Below are positions 32,275 through 42,632 of a stretch of DNA of 64,000 nucleotides, piece by piece. The stretch is from NCBI GenBank assembly GCA_918797485.1, contig CAKKNE010000005.1, positions 2,542,001-2,606,000 of the forward strand. Direction: 5' to 3'. A program made the position numbers and the translations under genes. The stretch comes from Pelagomonas calceolata (taxonomy: Eukaryota). The notes under the pieces are model-generated. The model was not told where the DNA came from and did no database searches. It saw only the letters and a program-made list of their open reading frames with translations. Each line of letters begins with the position of its first letter. The first letter of the stretch is position 1.

Positions 32275-33654
32275 ATGCTGCGCTGCCTCGCCGTCGCCGG
32301 CTGCGCGGCGGCCCTCGCGCCGCGGCTGCCCCACCGCCGGCGCGCCCCCCCCAAAACGCGGCTGCGCATGGCGCCGCTCGAGCCCTTCGACCCGCTCGGC
32401 AAGCTCGAGGCCCTCACGCAGAGCTGGCGCGACGGCGGCTGGCAGGTGCGCAAGCGCAAGGGCGCGCTCTTCCCCGAGATCGTGCCGCAGCCCGGCCCCC
32501 AGGGCTGGGCGGCCGACGAGGCGCAGCAGGTCGAGGTCCGGACCGAGGCGGCGACGCAGGAGATCACGACGACGGCCGCCGCGGGCCGCGACGCGTGGCT
32601 AGCGACGACGAGCAATGGCGCCAAGGCGCTGTCGGCGCCGGACTCGAGCGACGGCAGCAAGGAGCTCGCCGTCGCCGGCGACTTCTCGGCGTTCCTGCAG
32701 CGGCCCGAGATCGCGGACCGCTACGAGCGCACGGCCGAGGGCGCCATCGTCTTCCGCGACGAGGGCCAGCTGGGCGCGACGGTCGCGGCCTTCGCGACGG
32801 AGCTCACGCGGGAGCTCGGCGCGGCGGCGCGCGCGCTCGCGCGCTACGTCGACGACCTCGAGGCCGAGCTCGCCGCGGCCGACGAGGGCGCGGTGCTGCT
32901 GCGGAGCCAGCTCGCCGACGCGGAGAAGTCCGTCGAGGAGAAGGTGAGCGTCGCCGAGGCCGAGGCGGCGCGCGCGCGCGAGGCGCGTGAGCTCGCCGCG
33001 CAGGCCGAGGCCGCGAAGCGCAAGGCCGAGGCCGAGGCGGCCGAGGCCGAGGAGGCCGCCGAGGCCAAGGCGGCGGCGCTGGCCCGCGTCGAGGGCGAGG
33101 CGTCGTCGAACGAGCAGGACGTCCAGGCCGCGCGCGCGGCGGCCGTCGAGCTCGAGACGCGCCTCGTCGACGCGGAGAGCCGCGCGCGCGCGCTCGCGGA
33201 CGAGGCCCAGGCCGTGGCGCGGCGCGCGGCCGCGGCCGAGCGCCAGGCCGCGTCGGCGGCCGGCGCGCAGGAGGCGACCGAGGCCGTACTAGATGCGATG
33301 AAGCGGCGCGCCGAGGCGGCGGAGGAGTCGGCGGACGCCGCCGCGCGGGCGTCGGCCGAGGCGCTGGCGCGGGCCGAGGCGTCCGAGGCGCAACTTAAAA
33401 AACAGCTCGCGGACCTCGCCGACAGCGTCGACGACGCGGCCGTCGCGGAGGTCGTCGCCGACGCGACGGCGGCCGTCGCCGAGGTCGCCGCCAAGGCGTC
33501 CGCGTCTGGGAAGAAGCCGGCGCTGTCGCGCATGCGCAAGGCCGACCTCATCCTCGAGTGCGAGGCGCGCGGGCTGGCCTTCGAGGGCCTCAAGGTGCCC
33601 GAGCTGCGCGTCCTGCTCAGGGGGGCGCGCGCGAACGACAATAATGCGAACTGA
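32275..33654 (+). CDS. Coiled-coil protein with bipartite (plastid-type) presequence and C-terminal SAP-like motif
   Basis: MLRCLAVAGCAAA-LAPRLPHRRRAPPKTRLRM signal plus basic transit peptide, a long Ala/Glu coiled coil, and LSRMRKADLILECEARGLAFEGLKVPELRVLL at the end. Confidence 0.7.
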   Translation: MLRCLAVAGCAAALAPRLPHRRRAPPKTRLRMAPLEPFDPLGKLEALTQSWRDGGWQVRKRKGALFPEIVPQPGPQGWAADEAQQVEVRTEAATQEITTTAAAGRDAWLATTSNGAKALSAPDSSDGSKELAVAGDFSAFLQRPEIADRYERTAEGAIVFRDEGQLGATVAAFATELTRELGAAARALARYVDDLEAELAAADEGAVLLRSQLADAEKSVEEKVSVAEAEAARAREARELAAQAEAAKRKAEAEAAEAEEAAEAKAAALARVEGEASSNEQDVQAARAAAVELETRLVDAESRARALADEAQAVARRAAAAERQAASAAGAQEATEAVLDAMKRRAEAAEESADAAARASAEALARAEASEAQLKKQLADLADSVDDAAVAEVVADATAAVAEVAAKASASGKKPALSRMRKADLILECEARGLAFEGLKVPELRVLLRGARANDNNAN

Positions 33655-33677
33655 TGATATATATATATACCTTAGAC

Positions 33678-34877
33678 TTAGTCCGCGCGCCCGGCGAGCA
33701 CCGCGCGCTGGTACGCCTTCCGCGAGTCGCCGTCGCGGAGCGCCTCGTAGGCCGCGGAGATGCGCTTGAAGAGCTCCGCCGACGCGTCCGCCGTCGCCGA
33801 GCCGACGTGCCGGTCGGGATGATGCGCGCGCGCGAGGTCGCGGAAGCTCCGCTTGATCTCCGGCGTCGCCGCCGTCGCCGGCAGGCCGAGCGCGACGTAG
33901 TGCCGCGCCTTGCCGAGGCGTAACGCGGCGGAACTCGCCGGCGCGAAGACGCCGGCGGCCGCGCGCTGCGCCGCGCGCGCGTAGTAGGCGTCGTCGGCGT
34001 CGCAGGACTCGCGGCCGCCGCACGACTCGCGGCCGCCGACGGAGCTCCGCTTGAACTCGAACGACGACCGGCGCGCCTGCTCCTCGCCCTTGCGCTGGGC
34101 CTGCTTGAAGCGCTCGGCGAAGGACTCGCGCTTGCGCATCTGGGGCTGCCGGTGCTGCGGCGGCGCCGCCTTCTGGGGCGTCGGCGACGGCGTCGTCGTG
34201 CGGAACGCGGGGAAGCCGCTCGGCGTGGCGCCGGCGCCGGTCGCCAGGGAGGGTCCGGGCGGCGGCGGCGGCGGCGGGGGCGGCCGCGCCGCGGCCGCGA
34301 CGGCCGCCCGCCGCCGCGCCGCTTCTGCCGCGTCGCGCGCCCGGCTTTCCTCGGCCGCCTGCCGCCGCCGCGCCTCGTCGGCGCGGGCGCGTGCCTCCTC
34401 CCGCGCCCTGCGGGCGCGTGCCGCCTCGAGCGCGAGCTGCTCCTGGCGCTGGCGCTCCAGCTCCTTCTCCGCCGCGACCTCGAGGTCGCGCGTCGGCGGC
34501 GTCGGCGGCGGGCGCGCGGGCTGCGGGGGCGTCGCGGCCGGCGGCGGCGGCGGCGGTGGGGTCGGCGGCGTGGCCACGGCCGGGGGCGGTGGCGGTATGG
34601 TCTGCTGCAGCAGAGCCGCGGTTTGTGCCGACACCGCTGCCGGCGCGGCCGGCGACGCGGCCGCCGCGGTGCCCGCGTTCTCCTTGCCGGCGGCCACCTG
34701 GTCGACCTTGTCCACCGACGCCCGGCCCTGCACCTTGACCGTGCCCAGCGGCGTCAGGATCTTCATCCACCCGCCGCCCGTCTTCTCCAGCACCACGCCG
34801 ACGGCGCCCTCGTGCGCGCCTTTGAGGAGGCGCACGGTGTCGCCCACGGCCAGGGCCTCGGCTTTTTGGCGCGGCAT
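33678..34877 (-). CDS. DnaJ (J-domain) protein with N-terminal KOW-like motif and Pro-rich linker
   Basis: C-terminal HYVALGL...EIKRSFRDLARAHHPDR...FKRISAAYEALRD, and N-terminal VGDTVRLLKGAHEGAVGVV. ATG taken at 34877. Confidence 0.85.
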   Translation of the reverse strand: MPRQKAEALAVGDTVRLLKGAHEGAVGVVLEKTGGGWMKILTPLGTVKVQGRASVDKVDQVAAGKENAGTAAAASPAAPAAVSAQTAALLQQTIPPPPPAVATPPTPPPPPPPAATPPQPARPPPTPPTRDLEVAAEKELERQRQEQLALEAARARRAREEARARADEARRRQAAEESRARDAAEAARRRAAVAAAARPPPPPPPPPGPSLATGAGATPSGFPAFRTTTPSPTPQKAAPPQHRQPQMRKRESFAERFKQAQRKGEEQARRSSFEFKRSSVGGRESCGGRESCDADDAYYARAAQRAAAGVFAPASSAALRLGKARHYVALGLPATAATPEIKRSFRDLARAHHPDRHVGSATADASAELFKRISAAYEALRDGDSRKAYQRAVLAGRAD

Positions 34878-35040
34878 CCTTGCTCGCGCTGTTGTTGTCT
34901 GTTGTCGTCTGTTATTAGCCGTTTCGCGCCGCTGTCTCGACGCAGCGCGCGGGGAGCAGTGGCGGCGCTTAGCAGCCAAACTGAGCTCTCTGCGAGCCCC
35001 CGTCAGCGCGCACTGCGCCGTCGTTGGAGTTTGCGCCGGC

Positions 35041-35064
35041 CTAGCGTGGCCTGTAAGACACTAG
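35041..35064 (+). promoter_or_regulatory. CTAG-bounded intergenic motif
   Basis: CTAGCGTGGCCTGTAAGACACTAG, ~165 nt upstream of the DnaJ ATG. Confidence 0.65.
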
Positions 35065-36373
35065 GATGCCAAGGGCAACGCTCCACACAGCCGTTTGAGT
35101 ATCCTTCAATTCGCTAATGGTCCGAAGAGATCAATGGGACACGTATTGGGGGCCTTCTTGTTTCGCGGTGCGGAGGCGGACGAGGCCACAGGCCAGCCCT
35201 GCCGGCTGAATCCTGTCAATCCCTGTCAAACAGGTCTCCCCGGGGTCGCCTAGGGTCGGTACTATACACGTGCAAGCGGCTACGCCGCATGCGCCGCCGC
35301 TTCAATCATTCTTGGCCGAATTCTCTCAGCAGCCCGCGCTGTTTTAGCAATAATAGGCCAAGGTTTGCTTCCAGGGCTCTCGGGGAGCACTAGGCTGCTT
35401 CATCGATCGCGTATGCGGTACAGGCGACTACCCACTACCATATCTAAGCCAGAGCGTGCCCGAGAGCCGATCTGCCCCCACAAACAGTGTGCAATTTGGG
35501 CCCGATGGCGGCCCGTTCCCGTCAAAAACGTCAATCACCCGAGGCCCCCCAGGAATCGTAATAGCGGTCTCGCTGGGCCCCATGCTACCCCACCGATAGT
35601 CAACTACAAGTATATGGCATCTACACCACGAGAAGGGTACTTTGGACTGTCCACGCTCGAGACGTGAACATCTTGATCTGGACCCCGCGCAAGTCAATCG
35701 TTTATGAAACAAATGATCGCGCCATGGTCCATGGTGATGGTACACGGGCTGATGGTCGCAGTTCCAGTCAGGTAATCGAAATTAGCGAGATCTTGGGGTC
35801 TCGAGACCGACGAGGCGCGATGAGCCTCTGGTAACAAAAATCAAATGTGCGACGCATTCAGGCCAATTGGATGGCCCGTCCGGTAACCGAAGTGCCTCAA
35901 ACGCAAATTTATTTTATAAACCACCGGTCTGGGGCCAATACAGTGCCCCGCGTACGCACCGTCGTCCGCGGAGAACGGGCAAGTCGGTCGATCGTGAATA
36001 GAACAACGGCGTTTTGGTCCATTGTGATAGTGACGTCGCTGATACTCGCGGATGCAGGTGTTTCGCTCGCCTTCATATAAATGCGCGGTACCGAAGTCGT
36101 CGAATCCCGCGGCTCTAATGGAATATCTAAAATAGCTCAGTGGCCGCTGATTCGGCCTAAATGGACTCTACCACTAACAAACGGAAGGAAACGAACATAA
36201 ACTCGGGAGTTGTCTGGTAAAATTCTTTTCCCGCCCTCCGAGCGCGGGCCGTCGGCTCCGGTTCCGTCGATTGTGTATGAAAACTGGGCTGGAGTTGATA
36301 TGATGTACCATTTGGACGGTAGAAGGCACCGTCAATCGCTGGTGTATTTTGGCGAGCCGCAAGACCTGGTGAT

Positions 36374-36393
36374 CTAGCGTATCGACACACTAG
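36374..36393 (+). promoter_or_regulatory. CTAG-bounded intergenic motif (short variant)
   Basis: CTAGCGTATCGACACACTAG, 19/20 identical to 57531..57550. Confidence 0.55.
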
Positions 36394-36400
36394 GAATCCG

Positions 36401-36453
36401 TATATTATATATATGTGTATATATATATACATACATATAGTATACATGTATAC
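36401..36453. repeat. Imperfect (TA)n microsatellite
   Basis: tatattatatatatgtgtatatatatatacatacatatagtatacatgtatac. Confidence 0.8.
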
Positions 36454-36684
36454 AGGCCTAGGCAGATGGCTTTTGAGAACAGACCTCTCCGACTGACCCC
36501 CGAATAGTGAAGTTCAGAGCTTAATACCCGCTGTGCCGGCGGCCGCGCGGAACTTCAGGAGTGAACAGTCGATCTCAGTGGACGCCTATATTTGTGGGTT
36601 CCTTTATTGCACGCTATCGAGGGGCGAGTATGCCATAGATAGGACAACTAACTTTAGTAACCTTATGCACAATCACGTAAACTA

Positions 36685-37893
36685 CTAGAACGGAAACGGC
36701 CGCGTCAGGCCGTCGAGCCCCGTGAAGCTCCCAAAGGGCCCGTACGACGCGCCGCGCCGCAGCTCGGCGCCGCTCCGGCGCCGCTCGAGGCCGTGGCCCC
36801 GGCCCAGGTGCGCGCGGACGAAGAGGATGGCCGCGTCCGCGATCGCGTCGACGGACGCCGGCGAGAGCATCTGCGACGCGAGCACGTGCGGGTCGCCGCC
36901 GTCGGGCTCGTCGACGGGGCAGCAGAAGAACTGCTTGCTGCCGCAGCCGAGGCGGTGGAAGAGCGCCGCGGCCCGCGCCACGTCGATGACGGGGTCGCGC
37001 TCGTTGAGCGCCACGAACGTCGGCGCGGCGACGCGCGCGACGTCGACGCGCTCGAGCGAGAACAGCACGTCCAGCAGGTGGAGCAGCGCCGCTTGCGGGT
37101 AGACGAGCGCGTTGAAGCGCGCGTGCTCGGCGCCGCGCTGGAAGACGCGCTTCGTCCGCCCCAGCAGCAGCGCGATCGCCGCGGCCCGGAGCGGCCTACA
37201 TAGAACCGCGGGCAGCAGCCGCAGCGCCGCGAAGGGAATTTTCAGGAGCGGGTAGAGCGGATGGCCCAGACCGAAGCACGGGCTCACGAGGACCAGCGCG
37301 GCGACGTCGTCGCCGGCCTGCGTCGCCGCGAGCCACGTGCAGAGCGCCGCGCCCGTGGACACGCCCACCAAAATGACGCGGTCGCCGAGGGCCCGCCCGA
37401 CGCGCAGCGCCTCGAGCGCGTCCCGGAACAGGCGCCCGGGCGTCGCCTCCCTTAATAAAATGTCGCCGTCCGGCGACGACGCCGGCGCGCTCTCCTCCCG
37501 CCGCCGGCCGTGGCCCGAGAGGCGGTGGCAGTACAGGTTCGCGCCCAGCGCCCGCGCGAGCAGCTGCGGCGTCGGCGCGATCTCCTGGCGGCACGCGGCC
37601 CAGCCGTGGATGTACACGACCGCGAACTCCGTCGGCCGCCGGAGGCCCCGCGTCGCCCAGGTCACGCTCTTCGCCGCGCCCTCCGTCGTCGGCTTCGTCT
37701 CGCGGACGAAGGCCTCGACGTCCTCGCACGTCAACGGCGGCTCGAGCAGCGCCCGCGCCTCGGCCGCCGCCGGCGCGACGGGGTCGACGGCCTCGACGAG
37801 GCGCCGGCCGACGCGCCGCAGGATCTCGCGCGCTACTAAAAGCGTGGATATCGCGCCGGCGGCGACGAGGGCCTGGCGCTTGGTTTGGAGCAT
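36685..37893 (-). CDS. Alpha/beta hydrolase (esterase/lysophospholipase-like) with N-terminal membrane anchor
   Basis: VVYIHGW oxyanion motif, RLSGHG, nucleophile elbow GVSTG, then RDPVID and PHVL (Asp/His candidates). Confidence 0.85.
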   Translation of the reverse strand: MLQTKRQALVAAGAISTLLVAREILRRVGRRLVEAVDPVAPAAAEARALLEPPLTCEDVEAFVRETKPTTEGAAKSVTWATRGLRRPTEFAVVYIHGWAACRQEIAPTPQLLARALGANLYCHRLSGHGRRREESAPASSPDGDILLREATPGRLFRDALEALRVGRALGDRVILVGVSTGAALCTWLAATQAGDDVAALVLVSPCFGLGHPLYPLLKIPFAALRLLPAVLCRPLRAAAIALLLGRTKRVFQRGAEHARFNALVYPQAALLHLLDVLFSLERVDVARVAAPTFVALNERDPVIDVARAAALFHRLGCGSKQFFCCPVDEPDGGDPHVLASQMLSPASVDAIADAAILFVRAHLGRGHGLERRRSGAELRRGASYGPFGSFTGLDGLTRPFPF

Positions 37894-38089
37894 CGTTCCG
37901 GTCTCCGGCGCCGCTCGTTCTTGGCTGCAGCTTCTGAGTGCCTCAGTATTTGGCCTCCTATGCGTAGGAAGCGGCGTTTTTTTAAACTTTAAGATTGGCT
38001 GAGCAAGACTCTTGGTGGGTTCGACGCGCAAATTACAAGTTTACGTGAGAAATGGCTGCAAAAACAGCGGTTTCGAATCAGCAAAAAAG

Positions 38090-38111
38090 CTAGCGTCCTG
38101 TAAGGCACTAG
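38090..38111 (+). promoter_or_regulatory. CTAG-bounded intergenic motif
   Basis: CTAGCGTCCTGTAAGGCACTAG, between divergent genes starting at 37893(-) and 38290(+). Confidence 0.65.
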
Positions 38112-38289
38112 CACGCCCGAGCGTTCACGAAACGCGCCTGTTATTGCTGTTGTTGGGACCCACACGATGCTTCGGGCTGGTCAATGATCGCTTCGGGCTG
38201 TGGCTGAAAAGCTTGCCGCTCGCGCATGTCTGCACTCTGAACCATATAGGCCTCCATATTCCCCACCAATAACCAGCTGTGCAACAAGA

Positions 38290-39201
38290 ATGATGCGAGC
38301 ACTGTTCGTCGCACTGCTGCTGGCGTGCTGCAGCGTCTGCTCCGCAACAGGGGCAATATCCTTGCCTGTTTACACACACCTCCAATGTACACGCGCTGCA
38401 CGGACGGCGCGCGCGTCGCATGACAATTGCCGCCACACGCGAGGAGTGCGGGCGGCACCGCGCACGCGACGCGCGCAAGCGCTTGCACTGGTTTGCATGG
38501 TTTGGGCCGTTGCACGCACACGCCGCGCTCGTCTGCAGTCACACGCGCGCAATCACGCCCGCCTGCAATCGCATCTCACCCTCGTCAAACCGCAGGCGCC
38601 CGCCGCGGCCATCACGGCCCCGAAGAGCAAGGTCAAGGCCGTGAAAGCCGTCGAAGTCCCGAAGGGAGACGCCGTCCTCGACTCCTACCAGAAGGCCCTG
38701 GACGACAAGCCCATCTTCACGAAGGCCTGCACGTCGGGTATTGGATTTGCGGTGAGCGACGTCCTCACGCAGCTGTTCATCGAGAAAATGGACTTCGATT
38801 TGAAGCGTTTGGTGAAGATGGCCAGTTTTGGCTTCCTGCTGCACGGCACGACGGGCCACTTCTTCTACAACTTTCTGGACGGGAAATTGAAGGGAACGGA
38901 CCCGCTAACCGTGGCCGCGAAGGTGGCGATCGACCAGACGTGCTGGGCGCCCGTCTTCATGGTCATGTTCTTCTCCTACATGATGGTCTTCGAGGGCACG
39001 CCGGACCTCATCGAGGCCAAGATCCGCCAGGACGTCTTCACGGCCGTGAAGGGGTCGTGGATGACGTGGATCCCGGCCCACACGATCAACTTCGCCTTCG
39101 TGCCCTCGGACATGCGCCTGCTGTACATCAACACGATCCAGATCTTCTTCAACATGTTCATGAGCGTCATCGGCAACACGGAGGCCGTCGCCGCGGAGTA
39201 G
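38290..39201 (+). CDS. Mpv17/PMP22 family membrane protein with signal peptide; probable in-frame intron ending at 38595
   Basis: YQKALDDKPIFTKACTSG...DVLTQ, KVAIDQTCWAP, W..AHTINFAFVP..RLLY motifs. The stretch ~38353-38595 is non-coding-like and ends AAACCGCAG|GCG. Confidence 0.9.
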   Translation: MMRALFVALLLACCSVCSATGAISLPVYTHLQCTRAARTARASHDNCRHTRGVRAAPRTRRAQALALVCMVWAVARTRRARLQSHARNHARLQSHLTLVKPQAPAAAITAPKSKVKAVKAVEVPKGDAVLDSYQKALDDKPIFTKACTSGIGFAVSDVLTQLFIEKMDFDLKRLVKMASFGFLLHGTTGHFFYNFLDGKLKGTDPLTVAAKVAIDQTCWAPVFMVMFFSYMMVFEGTPDLIEAKIRQDVFTAVKGSWMTWIPAHTINFAFVPSDMRLLYINTIQIFFNMFMSVIGNTEAVAAE

Positions 39202-39524
39202 ATTTGAGCCGGGCACCCCCCCTAAGACGAACGTAGCCCCCTTTTTTATCTCGACGGCGTGGGGATCCGCAGAGAGAGTCGCTCATTCCATGCGCGCGCG
39301 CCGCAAAACCCGAGCCGCCTCTGCAGCGCAAGCGCTTAAGCTTGGGCCACTGCTGGCAGCCGCACGCATCACCAGCGCTGCGTCGACGGCGTACGCAGAC
39401 GCAGGGCGGCCTTCGTCGCGCGGCGACGCGTTTCGGGCAGCCTGAACACGGGGGGCGTGCTGTGTCCAATTGGAGACAGCTGGAACAGGGCCAGTGCGCT
39501 TGTGCAATCATGCGGGACGCATAG

Positions 39525-41045
39525 ATGGCCAGCCGCCGCCGCAGCATCCGCGTCGGCGTGCGCCTGCGGCCGGCCGACGGTGTGGCCGCCTGGCGCGTCG
39601 ACGGCGCCGCCGTCGTCGAGTGCCCGCGCGCGGACGCGTACGCCTCGCAGCAGCGCGCGCCGCGTGTCTTCCGCTTCGACGACGTCTTTGATGTGCGCGC
39701 GGACAACGCCGCCGTCTACGAGCAAGTCGCGAAGGACTTCGTCGACGACGCGCTGCGCGGCAACAGCGGCGCTCTCATCGCCTACGGCCAGACGGCGTCC
39801 GGCAAGACGCACACGATGCAGGGAACGCCCGAGTCGCCCGGTCTGATTCCCCGCGCCGTCGTGGACGTCTTCAAGACCCATCAAAGGTGCCGCGTGTCCT
39901 ACGTCGAGAGCTACAACGAGCGCGTGCGCGACCTGCTCGGCGACGCCGACGATTTGAGGGTTCTGGACGGGGGCCCGGTGGGCCGCCGCGAAGTGGACGT
40001 CGCGTCGGTCGACGCCGTCTTCGCCGCGATCACGCGGGGCGAGCGGCGGCGCAGCGTCGGGGAGACGGCGTACAACGACAGGTCGTCGCGGTCGCACGCG
40101 ATCCTCACACTCACGTTAGCGAACAATGCGATCCTTACGTTCGTGGACCTCGCTGGCTCAGAAGCGACGGCCTCGGCCGAGGGCCACTGCATCAACCGGT
40201 CGCTCCACGCGCTGGCGCTCGTGATTGCCAAGCTGGCCGACGGTCATGGATATGTGCCGTACCGCGACTCGAAGCTGACGCGGCTGCTGCGGCCGGCGCT
40301 ATCCGGCCGCGTTACGCTCGTTTGCACCGTGGCGCCGGACGCGGGCGAGGAGACGACGAACACCTTGCACTTCGCACGGCGGGCGACGCGTGTCGTCCAG
40401 GCGCCGGTGCCGCGCGCGTCGCCGCTGGTCGCGCGGTATCGGCAGCAAATGGACGCTTTGCAGACGGAGCTACAGGCGCCACACGAAGTGTTGCCGCCGG
40501 AGCCGCCCGCGCGCGAGGGCGTCCGCGAGGCCATCGCGGACCTCGAGCGGCTCATCGTGGCGCCGGTAGTGGTCTCGGCGACGCCCGCCCGCCGCCGCGG
40601 GAAGTCGCTGCCCCCCGCGCGGACGCTCTTCTTTGAGCCGATCGACGACGATGACGACGGCGCCGCGTCGCCGGAGCGCCTGCCGCCGCGCGCCGAGTCG
40701 CCGTGCTCGCCGCCGTCGAGGTCCTTCCCCGCCACCGGCGGCAGGTCGCACACGGCCGCCGCGGACCCCAGGTCACCCGAAATCCCGCCGTCGACGCCAT
40801 CCGCGCCTACTGATACGGCCGCGCTCCGCGAGGTGCAACGGAAGCTCCAGGACGCGCTCGCCCGGTCCGAGCCGGACGAGAACCTCTTTGCCGCCGCAGA
40901 GGTCCTGGAGCGCCTCGACAAGTCGGAAGCCGAGAACAAAGTTCTCAAGGCCAAGCTCGCGCGCGTGTCGACTATATTGGCAGCGCGGGAGCGGGAGCTC
41001 GTGAAGATGAAGGGTTTGGCATCGCCGGAGGATGAAACGTTTTGA
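39525..41045 (+). CDS. Kinesin motor protein (kinesin-7/CENP-E-like, compact)
   Basis: AYGQTASGKTHTM P-loop, NDRSSRSH, FVDLAGSE, INRSL, VPYRDSKLTRLL. Confidence 0.93.
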   Translation: MASRRRSIRVGVRLRPADGVAAWRVDGAAVVECPRADAYASQQRAPRVFRFDDVFDVRADNAAVYEQVAKDFVDDALRGNSGALIAYGQTASGKTHTMQGTPESPGLIPRAVVDVFKTHQRCRVSYVESYNERVRDLLGDADDLRVLDGGPVGRREVDVASVDAVFAAITRGERRRSVGETAYNDRSSRSHAILTLTLANNAILTFVDLAGSEATASAEGHCINRSLHALALVIAKLADGHGYVPYRDSKLTRLLRPALSGRVTLVCTVAPDAGEETTNTLHFARRATRVVQAPVPRASPLVARYRQQMDALQTELQAPHEVLPPEPPAREGVREAIADLERLIVAPVVVSATPARRRGKSLPPARTLFFEPIDDDDDGAASPERLPPRAESPCSPPSRSFPATGGRSHTAAADPRSPEIPPSTPSAPTDTAALREVQRKLQDALARSEPDENLFAAAEVLERLDKSEAENKVLKAKLARVSTILAARERELVKMKGLASPEDETF

Positions 41046-41067
41046 ACTAATGTGTGTGTGCTATTTT

Positions 41068-41091
41068 TTTGCTTAGAGCTAGGCCGCCTAG
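41068..41091. repeat. 24-nt motif TTTGCTTAGAGCTAGSCCGCCTAG, copy 2 (convergent 3' intergenic region)
   Basis: 23/24 identical to 2031..2054. Confidence 0.6.
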
Positions 41092-41153
41092 CCGCCTCCC
41101 TGCGCGACCGCACACCCCCCGCCTGACCCTCATACTATTACATTTTTACACAG

Positions 41154-42335
41154 TCACGACACCTTGAACTGGTCGTTGTAGCGCCGCGAGAACACCTCGA
41201 TGTAGTATGAGGCGCCGCTGTAGATGGCGGTTGCGAACATGGAGAACAGGCACAGGGCGTGGAGGGCTTTGTACCGCCAGAGCAACGGCGTGGCGACGAG
41301 CGTCACGACCGTATACACGAGCTGGCCCGCCCAGAACGTGAGCTTGGTCTTCCGCGAGGCGTCGTCGAAGGACTCGTCCGGCGCCATTTGCCCGAGTTTC
41401 ACACAAACATACTTGCAGAGCCGGTTCATCCCGTTGCTTTCGTCGCGACTCAGCCAGCGCAGCGACGTGACCTCCTCCGGGGCCGTCTCGAGGTAGGCCG
41501 CGTCGATGAACTCCGTTTTTACGATGTAGAGCACCTGCCAGACGCCGTAGAAGAGTATCGGTATCGCGTATCAGCTAACAAGGTCGACATCCGCGGGGTA
41601 CTGCGAGTCCGTGCACCACCGTTCGACGAACGTCCACAGCGGGGGCCCGGCGTGCAACGCCGTCGACGTCACTTTGTCGAGGTTGTGAAAGACGAACGAG
41701 TTCCGCCACGCGAGCACCGCCGCGAGCAGCGGCCCGTTACACAGCGCGAACGCGCAGGGGAATCCCCACGCCGCCGGCCGCTGGTCGCAGAAGAGCTGCC
41801 ACGAGCCCCAGTTCCTCGCGTCAAGTGGCAGCAGGATCAGCGAGAAGACCAGGCCGTTTAGAGCGTAGCAAAAGTCAAACATGAAGTACGTCCAGTGGCG
41901 CACGAAGTAGTAGTCCATCGCACGATAGATGAGCAGCGGCGTCATCGTGCAGACGTACAATAGCCCTAGGAGCTTCGGGTAGCACAAGACGACGTACTCG
42001 GTCAGCAAAATCCAGCCCACCGCGCCCGTGAAGAGCGCCTTATCGACCGCCCTGACCACGCTCGGTCGCTTCGGCCGCACGAACGCCTCGCGCGCGCGGT
42101 CTCTGATGCGCATTTCGGGGTCGCCCGTGATGCTGCGTCGCGCGGCACGCGTCGCGGTCTCTGGCAGCGTCGAGATGGCCTTCCGCATCGCCTGGAGCAG
42201 CTCGCCATCGATGGTCTTCGCCCGCCCGCGCCGCGGCGAGTAATACTGCTCCGCAGCGCGTGCGCAGGCGTCGAGGACGGCGGAATCTTCTGATGAGGGT
42301 GGGGGCGGCGGTTCGCCGCCATCGCTTTGGGACAT
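41154..42335 (-). CDS. GPC1: Glycerophosphocholine acyltransferase (GPC1/DUF2838 family), interrupted by one in-frame TGA at 41571..41573
   Basis: YFMFDFCY, NGPLLAAVLAWRNSFVFHNLDKVTSTALH, FYGVWQVLY, TSLRWL and GASYYIEVFSRRY motifs. ORFs 41571..42335 and 41154..41534 share a frame (DLVS*YAIPILFYGVWQ). Confidence 0.8.
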
Positions 42336-42501
42336 GGTGGGTGGTCAAATGCGCTGTGGAAGCGGTTTTAGCTTTTGAGCTAATGTTGGCGTGCTGATGA
42401 CCGAATTGCTGGGCTGCGATGGTTAAAATGAACACAGAGACAGCCGCTGTGATCCTGGTCCACCAAAACCGACTGCGCTCAGGTCCGAGCTGGAGCCGGT
42501 G

Positions 42502-42525
42502 CTAGCGTGTTGTAAGACACACTAG
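42502..42525 (+). promoter_or_regulatory. CTAG-bounded intergenic motif
   Basis: CTAGCGTGTTGTAAGACACACTAG, between divergent genes starting at 42335(-) and 42633(+). Confidence 0.65.
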
Positions 42526-42632
42526 CAAGCACCGAGCCTCTTTGAGTCCTTTATATTGAAGCAGTGACGGGCCGATATGAGCAGTGAAGATTGATTTGCG
42601 AGGGCTTCGTGGCTGCTGTGAGCCTGTGCTGA

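Noticed and set aside
23663..35117. Numerous long overlapping Arg/Ala/Pro-rich ORFs in alternative frames
   Set aside because: These are expected from stop-codon scarcity at very high GC, and they show no domain motifs.
41045..41153. SECIS element downstream of the TGA-containing GPC1
   Set aside because: An ATGA is present on the minus strand, but I could not find the apical AA and paired GA quartet geometry.
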